Assembly: GCA_963847625.1 (NCBI GenBank)
Contig: CAWKAR010000038.1
Location: forward strand, 41,545-105,544
Direction of reading: 5' to 3'
Source of the DNA: a candidate division FCPU426 bacterium
GTDB taxonomy: Bacteria; Oederibacteriota; Muellerivitia; Muellerivitales; Muellerivitaceae
DNA length: 64,000 bases
A program made the position numbers and the translations under genes. Of this stretch, positions 9,191 to 16,818 are shown one piece after another (position 1 is the first letter of the stretch; every line of letters begins with the position of its first letter). The notes under the pieces were generated by a model that saw only the letters and a program-made list of their open reading frames with translations, searched no databases and was not told the origin of the DNA.

Positions 9191-9754
9191 TTATACCAAC
9201 AACAACTCATCGTCGGGCGTGAGGAAGCGCCATTTGCCCGATTCTACGTCCAGGTTCAACCCGCCGATTCTTATCCGCTTCAATTCCAGGACCTTCAGGG
9301 GTGTCTTGAATTTCGGGTCCTTCATGCTACCGAACATCCGGCGGATATGCCGGTTCTTGCCCCCGCTCAACACCACTTCCAGCTTGGTCTTGTTTCCCCC
9401 GCCACCGATGATGGAAACCTGCGACGCCTTGAGGATTTCCCCGGAATTCTCCACCCCCTTCAGGGCCATTCGAAGGTGCTCGGGGGTGACGATGCCCCTC
9501 ACCAGGACCTCGTAGGTTTTCCGGCAGAAGCCGGGCTCGGTCAGGCGGTCCAAGAGCTTGGTGTTGCGGGTGAAGAGGAGCAGGCCCTTGGAATCCAGGT
9601 CCAAGCGGCCCACGGGTTTCCAGCCTTCCGCGTAGGCCCAATCGGGCAGGAGCTCGTAGACGATCTTGCGGTCCTTCTCGTCGGAGCGGGTGACCAGGTA
9701 GCCCTTGGGTTTGTTGAGCATGAAGAGGCGGGCTGAAGACGTGGGTGGCGTCAT
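9191..9754 (-). CDS. RsuA/RluB/RluE-family pseudouridine synthase lacking S4 domain
   Basis: LNKPKGYLVT, PVGRLDLDSKGLLLFT, KTYEV, GKNRHIRRMF, LKRIRIG; ATG 9754 has an AAGGA RBS. Confidence 0.9.
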   Translation of the reverse strand: MTPPTSSARLFMLNKPKGYLVTRSDEKDRKIVYELLPDWAYAEGWKPVGRLDLDSKGLLLFTRNTKLLDRLTEPGFCRKTYEVLVRGIVTPEHLRMALKGVENSGEILKASQVSIIGGGGNKTKLEVVLSGGKNRHIRRMFGSMKDPKFKTPLKVLELKRIRIGGLNLDVESGKWRFLTPDDELLLV

Positions 9755-9819
9755 TTGAGTTCGTTCCTTTGCGATTGATTTATTCAATTTCGAAACTTTT
9801 CAAATTGAAAATCGGCAAG

Positions 9820-9986
9820 CAAACGCCCAAACAATCTAAATTAAGTCGGCCCAGGGGGTATCCCTATTTCCCTATAGGCCCATTCGGGCAGAAGTTCTCA
9901 ATAATCCTAAGGTCCTTCTGATCGGAGCGGGTGACCAGATAACCTTTGGGTTTATTGAGCATGAAGAGTTTGGGTTTGATTTCCAT
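9820..9986 (-). pseudogene. Decayed duplicate of the pseudouridine synthase 5' end
   Basis: ATG 9986 gives MEIKPKLFMLNKPKGYLVTRSDQKD, then after frameshifts ELLPEWAY and PLGRLNLD, matching the intact copy's LFMLNKPKGYLVTRSDEKD/ELLPDWAY/PVGRLDLD. Confidence 0.85.
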
Positions 9987-10034
9987 CGTCACTGTTCCTT
10001 GCAAGCTTTAGCGAACTGAAAAATAACTTCTTTT

Positions 10035-10153
10035 GCCACAGATGCATGGGATACGTGGGATTAACATAGAATTCAAAAATAAGAATTTAAAATTTTTCCA
10101 TAAGGTTTCAGATATGTTTTAGCCTATCTAAATGCATCCCCTGAATCCGTGGC
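10035..10153. repeat. Palindromic dispersed repeat (GCCACRGATGCA...ATCCGTGGC family), copy 1
   Basis: GCCACAGATGCATGGGATACGTGGGATT ... ATGCATCCCCTGAATCCGTGGC flanking an AT-rich loop. Confidence 0.85.
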
Positions 10154-10166
10154 TAAGACGTAGTTC

Positions 10167-11360
10167 TTACAGGGCTTCCTTGAAGACTTTGCCCAGGCGG
10201 CGGATGCCTTCCCGGATTTTCTCCTTGTCCACCGCGCAATAGGTCAAGCGCAGGGTGTTCAAACCCTGGCCTTCCTTCGTATAAAAGGCCGTCCCCACCA
10301 CGTAAGCCACCTTGGCCGCCACCGCCTTCTCGAAGAGGGTGACCGCGTTGAGCCCCTCCGGCAATTCGGCCCAAAGGAAGAACCCACCCAGGGGATGGTT
10401 GTGGCGGATTTCCGAGGGGAAATGTTCCTGGATGGCGGACATCATGGCGTCCCTGCGGCCCTGGTAGGTGCCGATGAGTTTCGCAAGGTGGTCCTTCAGG
10501 TGGCCTCCCCGGAAGAAATCCGCCGCGATGACCTGCGACAGCACGTCAGTGCAGACGTCGGCGGTTTCCTTGGCCATGGTCATGCGGGCCACGAGGGAGG
10601 GGCCGGCGCAGACCCAGCCCAGCCTCATGCCGGGTGAGGCGATCTTGCTGAAACTGCCCAGGTAGATGACCCGGCCATCGGTGTCGAAGGCCTTGAGGGG
10701 CTTGATGGGCTTGCCGGTGAAATTCAACTCGCCGTAGGGGTTGTCCTCGACGATGAGGACGTCGTGCCTGCGGGCGACATCCAGGAGCTGGGCCCTTTGC
10801 GCCTCCGGGAGGGTGGAACCGGCGGGATTCTGGAAAGTCGGGATCGTGTAGATCAGCTTGGGTTTGGGGGAGGCTTTCGAGAGGATCTGGTCCAGCCGGG
10901 GGATATCCATCCCCGTTTCGCCGCAGGGAACCGGCAAGAATTCGACGGAGAAATTGCGGAAGCAAAGAAGGCCCCCCAGGTAGCTGGGCTCCTCCACCAC
11001 CACGGAATCCCCGGGATTCAAGAGGGTGAGGCCCGACAAAAAGAGCCCCTGCTGGCTTCCGGTCGTGATCAGGATATTCTCGACGGCGCAGGGAATGCCC
11101 TGGGCTTTCAGGTAATCGGCCACCGCTTCCCGAAGGAGCGTCCAGCCGATCGTCTCGCCGTATTGGAGGGAGAATTTGCCCTGCTCCCGGATGACCTTGG
11201 AGGCGATATCGGCCAGGATATCCTTGGGGAACAGCTCCGCGTCGGGGGTGCCGCCGGCGAAGGAGATGATGTCGGATTGTTGGACCAATTTGAGCAGGGC
11301 GCGGATGACGGAGGGTTTCATCGAGTTGGAAACGTTGGAAAAACGGTGGTCGTAATCCAT
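10167..11360 (-). CDS. PLP-dependent class I aminotransferase (LysN/ARO8-like)
   Basis: ISFAGGTPD, LQYG, ITTGSQQG, YTIPTFQNPAG, IVEDNPY, GSFSKIASPGMRLGW. Confidence 0.92.
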   Translation of the reverse strand: MDYDHRFSNVSNSMKPSVIRALLKLVQQSDIISFAGGTPDAELFPKDILADIASKVIREQGKFSLQYGETIGWTLLREAVADYLKAQGIPCAVENILITTGSQQGLFLSGLTLLNPGDSVVVEEPSYLGGLLCFRNFSVEFLPVPCGETGMDIPRLDQILSKASPKPKLIYTIPTFQNPAGSTLPEAQRAQLLDVARRHDVLIVEDNPYGELNFTGKPIKPLKAFDTDGRVIYLGSFSKIASPGMRLGWVCAGPSLVARMTMAKETADVCTDVLSQVIAADFFRGGHLKDHLAKLIGTYQGRRDAMMSAIQEHFPSEIRHNHPLGGFFLWAELPEGLNAVTLFEKAVAAKVAYVVGTAFYTKEGQGLNTLRLTYCAVDKEKIREGIRRLGKVFKEAL

Positions 11361-11498
11361 GGAAAGCTCCCGAGTTCATTTCCGGGTTTATTTAAAAATC
11401 CGGTCCCCCAAGATACCGGCAACGACTTGAGACATCAAGCGTTGTAAATTAACTCAATCATTCATAATTCAAAACCACACCTGTCCAAAATAAATCTA

Positions 11499-11590
11499 GC
11501 CACGGATGCATGGGATTCATGGGATTTAAAAACACAAATATTTAAAGCTTTTTTTATGGTCTATCCGAGTGCATCCCCTGAATCCGTGGC
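11499..11590. repeat. Palindromic dispersed repeat, copy 2 (uninterrupted reference copy)
   Basis: GCCACGGATGCATGGGATTCATGGGATT ... ATCCGAGTGCATCCCCTGAATCCGTGGC. Confidence 0.85.
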
Positions 11591-11830
11591 AAAGGACTAG
11601 GTTTTGCTTAACGCCTTTTAGATTAAAGAATTCCTGATTTTATTTATCTTTGTTTCCTGGATTTTGTTTAATTTGGACAGCTATGATTCAAAACTTAGAA
11701 TTCAAAATTGCCTCTATTGGTTCCCCTTTCGCTGGGAAGCGGCCATTCCAATGGGTCTCTTGGCCGGGCTTTCGCCAGAGGGGGCCGGGTGTTTTTTGAA
11801 ACCAGAAAAGAGCATTCAAACGCGGATTAA

Positions 11831-13246
11831 TTAAAAGGTTTGGAGGTCCTGGAAGATTTTATCGGCGACGCATTCACCCGCCGCGATGGCGTCGGGGATG
11901 CCGATGCCCTTCAATCCGTTTCCCGCCAGGTAAAGGCCTTTGGTTTCGCTCACTTTTTTCAAGAGGTTTTCCACCAGGTCAGCGTGTCCTGGACGGTAAT
12001 AGGACATGGAGGAAGTATAAAGCGATAAGTGGTGAACCATGGGCCGGTAGTGCAGTTTCAGAAGGGGAGAGAGTTCGATCAAAACATCCTCCAGGAGGGC
12101 TTCCTCTCCCTCCTTTTGGGCCACGGCGACTGCATCGGCACCCAGGAATACCCGCAATAACACAGTACCTTCCGGGGCGCGGCCCGGGAATTTTTGGCTG
12201 GCGAAGGTGCAACCCACGATTAACCTTTTTTCCTTTGAGGGAACCACAAATCCGAAACCATTCAAGGGATGGCCCACATCCTGACGGCGGAAACCCAGGT
12301 TCAAGGTTGCGGAGTCATGGGCGGGTATTTTTTCCAAAAGATTGTCCCAGTTGGGGTCCAAAGATTTCAGGAGAGGCCGCATTTTGGAAGGCTGGATGGC
12401 TAAGACCACCTTTTCCACTTCCTGGGTATGGCCCTGCGTTGTAACCACCCAGGTTCCGTGACCGCTGGGGGCCAGGGATTCCACTGGATGTTGCATCCAA
12501 AGGCACTCGGGCGGGATTTTGGAGGCCAAAGCTTCCGCGAAGGACTGCATGCCGTCCTTGAATGAGACAAAAAGGGAATAACGGGCACCCGAGACACGGG
12601 TCTGGGAGTTTAGGCGCCTGGCCGCCATGGCTTTCAACAGGGAACCATATTGGATTTCCATTTCCTTGAAGCGGGGGGCGCACGTCTCCAGACTCAACTC
12701 GAAGGGGTCGGCGTTATAGACACCCCCCATGAGTGGCTGGGCCAGGTAATCCAAAACTTCACGGCCCAGGCGGCGGATCACGAAGTCCCCGATGCTTTCA
12801 TCCCCCGCGTCCTTGCGGACCGGCACGAAGGGTTCGAAACACGCCCTCAGCTTTCCCCGGATGGAAAGCAAAGGTGTTGTTATGAGGGGCATGAGGCGGG
12901 AAGGGGCCATGAGGTAGAAACCCTCAGGGATCGGATGGAGCCGTTCCCCTTTGAGGATGAAGGATTGGAGGATATCCGGATTGGTTCTGACGAGACGATC
13001 TTCGAGTCCCAGGCGCTTGACCATGGCCATCCCCGCGGGTTTATCAGTGATGAAACAATCGGGGCCTTCCTCCATGAGGAAGCCCGCTTTTTTCACCGTC
13101 CCCAGGGTCCCGCCGGGCTTTTTCGCGCCATCCAGGATGTTTAAATCCAGATGTAGGTCTTTTCCCTGGGATAGCTCCAAAAGCCGCAGGGCGGCCGCCA
13201 GCCCGCTGACTCCCGCCCCGATGATGGCGACTCGTAAGTAATTCAA
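11831..13246 (-). CDS. hemG: HemY-type protoporphyrinogen/coproporphyrinogen oxidase
   Basis: IIGAGVSGLAAA FAD motif, EEGPDCF, RRLGREV, GFGFVVP, KFPGRAP, GIGIPDAI; located in haem cluster. Confidence 0.9.
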   Translation of the reverse strand: MNYLRVAIIGAGVSGLAAALRLLELSQGKDLHLDLNILDGAKKPGGTLGTVKKAGFLMEEGPDCFITDKPAGMAMVKRLGLEDRLVRTNPDILQSFILKGERLHPIPEGFYLMAPSRLMPLITTPLLSIRGKLRACFEPFVPVRKDAGDESIGDFVIRRLGREVLDYLAQPLMGGVYNADPFELSLETCAPRFKEMEIQYGSLLKAMAARRLNSQTRVSGARYSLFVSFKDGMQSFAEALASKIPPECLWMQHPVESLAPSGHGTWVVTTQGHTQEVEKVVLAIQPSKMRPLLKSLDPNWDNLLEKIPAHDSATLNLGFRRQDVGHPLNGFGFVVPSKEKRLIVGCTFASQKFPGRAPEGTVLLRVFLGADAVAVAQKEGEEALLEDVLIELSPLLKLHYRPMVHHLSLYTSSMSYYRPGHADLVENLLKKVSETKGLYLAGNGLKGIGIPDAIAAGECVADKIFQDLQTF

Positions 13247-13342
13247 GTTATTCCAATTCCTTAAAAAACAAATGAAAGATTAGCAAGGTTGATCGCCCTA
13301 AATAAATAATAGATAAATTTGGCCCCTGTCGTGGACAGTTTT

Positions 13343-14197
13343 TCAATCATTTCCAAGATACGTGAACTTCCCGGTATCTAAGTCGATTTCGCCCCAACAT
13401 CTACCGCCGAATGTAACGTTTACGATCCCTTCGCCAAAGCTAATCGAATCGATCCCTTTATGATAAAGCGCAACCATGCCCGGATCATCCGTTTGAAGAA
13501 TATCGTCTTTCAAATTCGGGAAAATATATTTCATGTTACTTTTCCCATCACTCCTATTGCGCCAAAAGCCCGAAGATTCCATTACCTTGATTACATTTGA
13601 ACACCATAAGGGTTTTCCATTAAGGTCGGTTGCGATAACTGATTTTAAGTTTTTCGAAACTAGGATTTTCATATTTTTGTTTTTATTTACCCAACCTTTT
13701 TTAAAATCTCCCGCCCAATAGGAATTAATTCTTTTTGATTTTTCGATGTCCCTGTAATAGCCACAAACCAAACCCCTAATCTGATCCAAATTTGGGTTGT
13801 GCAAATTTGCTGGCAATTGAGAGTAATATGAAACGCAAAAACCATTTTTAACTTTTAAAAATACACCTAAATGATCGATAACTGGGCGCAGAGAGCTTTG
13901 GTAATAAATGTAATAACTTTTATTGGAAATGCCGGCCAACACCAATTTGAAGTTGTGAAAATGTTCATCACCGTTCAGCATATCCAACAACCTTTGATCT
14001 TGAATCTTTTTTTCGTTCTCTTCTAATTTCTTTTCCGTATCAGCCGGTAATTCTTTCAAATCAGAAACCGGTTGATAGGTTTCTGTTAAAAAAGAATATA
14101 GACCTGGGTTTTTGATATCTGAATAATTCTTTTCGGTGGCATGAGTAAATCCGAAGGTGGCGAACACAATAAAAAATAAAACTAAATATTTATTCAC
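13343..14197 (-). CDS. AT-rich secreted hypothetical protein; native ATG/RBS displaced by IS30
   Basis: ORF with signal peptide NKYLVLFFIVFATFGFTHA; the current GTG at 14197 is created by the IS end. Confidence 0.6.
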   Translation of the reverse strand: MNKYLVLFFIVFATFGFTHATEKNYSDIKNPGLYSFLTETYQPVSDLKELPADTEKKLEENEKKIQDQRLLDMLNGDEHFHNFKLVLAGISNKSYYIYYQSSLRPVIDHLGVFLKVKNGFCVSYYSQLPANLHNPNLDQIRGLVCGYYRDIEKSKRINSYWAGDFKKGWVNKNKNMKILVSKNLKSVIATDLNGKPLWCSNVIKVMESSGFWRNRSDGKSNMKYIFPNLKDDILQTDDPGMVALYHKGIDSISFGEGIVNVTFGGRCWGEIDLDTGKFTYLGND

Positions 14198-15251
14198 CCG
14201 AGTTCCATAAGTAAGTGCAACACTTAGTGTCTGAAGAAGGCCGCATGAATAGGATATGCGGCTATGAAAAAGAAATACAAGCATTTAAGCGTTGAAGAAA
14301 GAGATCATTTATCCGTCTTGAAAGGAAAGGGTCTTAGCCTTCGAGCAATTTCACGCGCCTTGAAGAGGTCTCCTTCCACCCTCTCCAGGGAACTCAAGCG
14401 CAATGCTCCCCCTATCCGTTCTGGTTATTATCTTTCTCATCGAGCCCATCAACGGTATGTTGACCGCAACCAACAACGAGCACGCCGTTTACGCCTGAAA
14501 ACAAAACGAATTCGTGCCTACGTCCGTCGTCAATTGAAACGAGGCTGGTCTCCAGAACTCATTTCAGGTCGATTAGGTCACCTACGGCCTAAGCAAACCA
14601 TTGGTCCTGAAGCTATCTATCAGTGGGTTTATGCTGAAGCCACTGAGCTGATTCCTTGCCTAGTTCGACACCACCGGCGACGATTCTCATTTGGCCATAG
14701 CCGTAAGCACGCCAAAAACCATATCCCAGGCCGTGTTTCCATCGATAAGCGCTCCGAGATCGCCAATCAACGCAAGCAATTCGGCCATTGGGAAACCGAC
14801 ACCATGGTCTCTCGTCAGAGTAAAGTTGCTATGCGGGCTCTCGTCGAGCGTCAAAGCCGTTTTTCCAAGTTGGGAAAGCTCAAACGAAAGACCGCTCGCC
14901 AAATGAGTCATAGCCTCAACCGCGCTTTATGCCGCTTCCCTCAAGACGCCCGCCTGAGTCTGACCTATGACAACGGAACCGAAAACACCAACCACTTGGA
15001 AACCAACCACGTGCTTGGTACAAAATCCTTTTTCTGCGCCCCTTTCCACAGTTGGGAAAAAGGTACGGTGGAAAATACTATCGGTCTTGTCCGCCGCCAT
15101 TTGCCTAAAAAGACTGATCTTGCTAAAGTGTCCTTCAAAGAATTCAGGACCATAGAAAGATGGCTCAATAACAGGCCCAGGAAATGTTTGGGCTTTAAAA
15201 CTCCGGCGGAAGTCTTCCGGCGAAGTGTTGCACTTACTCCGTGAATTCGGC
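14197..15251 (+). mobile_element. IS30-family insertion sequence
   Basis: 28-bp imperfect IRs 14198-14225 (CCGAGTTCCATAAGTAAGTGCAACACTT) and 15223-15250; 3-bp direct repeat TCA at 14194-14196 and 15252-15254. Confidence 0.9.
14264..15244 (+). CDS. IS30-family transposase
   Basis: YKHLSVEER HTH, STLSRELKRN, WSPELI, GHWETDT, LTYDNGTE, SWEKGTVENTIGLVR, LNNRPRKCLGFKTP. Confidence 0.97.
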   Translation: MKKKYKHLSVEERDHLSVLKGKGLSLRAISRALKRSPSTLSRELKRNAPPIRSGYYLSHRAHQRYVDRNQQRARRLRLKTKRIRAYVRRQLKRGWSPELISGRLGHLRPKQTIGPEAIYQWVYAEATELIPCLVRHHRRRFSFGHSRKHAKNHIPGRVSIDKRSEIANQRKQFGHWETDTMVSRQSKVAMRALVERQSRFSKLGKLKRKTARQMSHSLNRALCRFPQDARLSLTYDNGTENTNHLETNHVLGTKSFFCAPFHSWEKGTVENTIGLVRRHLPKKTDLAKVSFKEFRTIERWLNNRPRKCLGFKTPAEVFRRSVALTP

Positions 15252-15409
15252 TCATTTATTACCCCCTCTTCTATATCCCCATTGTCTACAGTGTGTCCCC
15301 GCCGTGGACAACGCATTTTTGTAGAATGAATTTTATTTATTTGAGCTTCTCTCTAACAAGCGGTTCACCATTACAAGAATTCCTAAGCTAGAATCGTCGG
15401 TCGGTCTTG

Positions 15410-16369
15410 TTAAAACTTCAAATCCGAGGCTTCCTCGACGAGGGAAGCCAGCAACCCAATGAAGGAAGGGCGGGTCCCGACTGTTTCCGCCCGGACCATG
15501 TTAATCCCTACTTTCTGGGCCCTGGAACGGGCCAGGATGTCGATGTCATAAAGCACCTCGGCGTGGTTTACTAAAAAACCGATGGGTGCCACTACGCAGG
15601 CGGCTAATCCTTCCTTGGAGCGGCGTTCCAGAAAATCCCCCAGGTCAGGCTCAAGCCAGCGGTCTTCCGGCCGTCCGCTTCGGCTGGTGTAGGCCAGGTG
15701 GAAATAGGGGATTCCCAGTCTTTCCTGCACGAGCCGGGCGGTTTCCTCGAATTGGGCCACATAGGAAGATTGGTTGGCGAGCGCGCTGGGAATGCTGTGG
15801 GTGGTAAAGATCAGCTCGGCTTTGGCGGCTTTTTTTTCTTTCGGAAGCAGTTTGGAAAAGGCAATCCGTGTTTCCTTCTCAATGGCGTGGACAAAACCGG
15901 GACGGTTGTGCCATTCGGGCGCGTAAGCGACATCGGGAATGGACATGCCCCTGCTTTTTAGGGAGTCCTTCGCCTCATCCACCTTCAATATATATTTCGT
16001 GAAGGAAGCCTGGCTTCGGAAAGGGGCCAGGATAATGGCAAAGATGTGTTTTTTACCCTGGCGGGAAAGGTCCTCGAGGGTTTGAGCGACCGTCGGGGAG
16101 GAATGGGCGAATCCCAAAGAAACCGGAATTTCCAACCCCCGGGCGTTCAGGAGTTTCTGGAGCGCCTGGGCCTGGGCCCGGGTGAGCTGGTTATAAGGCG
16201 AGATACCGCCGATTTGCTTGTATTGGTCAGAGACCAATTTCAATCTTCCCGGGGGGATATCCCGCCCGCGAGTGACGTCTTCCAGGAAGGGAAGGACGTC
16301 CTCGGATTTTTCGGGGCCGCCGAAACCGATCAACAAAATAGCGTCGTGTTTTATAGGGTTCAAGTTCAT
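15410..16369 (-). CDS. hemH: Ferrochelatase / coproporphyrin ferrochelatase
   Basis: FGGPE...V.PFL..VTRGR.IP, GGISP, FTTHSIP, SRSGRP...WLEPD, PIGF..HAEVLYDID. Confidence 0.92.
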   Translation of the reverse strand: MNLNPIKHDAILLIGFGGPEKSEDVLPFLEDVTRGRDIPPGRLKLVSDQYKQIGGISPYNQLTRAQAQALQKLLNARGLEIPVSLGFAHSSPTVAQTLEDLSRQGKKHIFAIILAPFRSQASFTKYILKVDEAKDSLKSRGMSIPDVAYAPEWHNRPGFVHAIEKETRIAFSKLLPKEKKAAKAELIFTTHSIPSALANQSSYVAQFEETARLVQERLGIPYFHLAYTSRSGRPEDRWLEPDLGDFLERRSKEGLAACVVAPIGFLVNHAEVLYDIDILARSRAQKVGINMVRAETVGTRPSFIGLLASLVEEASDLKF

Positions 16370-16441
16370 TTCCTGTTAAGGATAAAACGTCTCAAGACCA
16401 ACCCTAACGGCAAAATTTTTTAGCCACGGATGCAGGGGATG

Positions 16442-16521
16442 TGCCGATTCACTCCAAAAGCAGTCAAGGAAATCGGTACTATACCGAACTTTCATTGAAA
16501 CCTTCATTGAGGTTCGGCATG
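16442..16521 (-). mobile_element. Double-hairpin mini-element, copy A (non-autonomous, putative)
   Basis: ATG[TGCCGATTCAC..AATCGGTAC TA TACCGAAC..GTTCGGC]ATG; removing it restores the repeat arm GGGGATGCACTCGGAT. Confidence 0.7.
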
Positions 16522-16651
16522 CACTCGGATAGGCCAAAGAAAAAAGGCTTTTAATTTTTGTTTTTTAAATCCAATGAATCCCATGCATCCGTGGCTAGAG
16601 ATTATTTTGGATTGGTGTGATGCTTTAGTATATCTCACGAATCCCCTGCAT

Positions 16652-16748
16652 GCCGACCTTCTTTAAATCTGTTAAAGAGGAAATGGCTTTGCCATTTCAG
16701 GGGGTATAGTACCGATCCCAATAAATGTTTTAAGGTGAATCGGTACAT
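16652..16748 (+). mobile_element. Double-hairpin mini-element, copy B
   Basis: CAT[GCCGACC..GGTATAGTACCGAT..GTGAATCGGTA]CAT; removing it restores CCCCTGCATCCGTGGC. Confidence 0.7.
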
Positions 16749-16818
16749 CCGTGGCAAGATTTTATTATTGACTGAGGTGTTTTTAATTAATGCCAAGAAG
16801 CCAGTTGGAACTGGTTGC

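Larger units (their letters stand above)
16423..16755. repeat. Composite of palindromic-repeat arms (one left, two right) carrying two nested mini-element insertions
   Basis: GCCACGGATGCAGGGGAT at 16423; ATCCCATGCATCCGTGGC ending 16595; ATCCCCTGCAT[...]CCGTGGC ending 16755; about 16520-16620 is a close inverted copy of about 11477-11573. Confidence 0.85.

Noticed and set aside
11719..11790. SRP (4.5S) RNA, suggested by GGAAGCGGCCA
   Set aside because: Lacks the CAGG/GRAA tetraloop domain IV arrangement.
14198..14284. N-terminal extension of ORF 13343-14284
   Set aside because: It lies inside the IS30 left end; the true gene start is at the insertion site.
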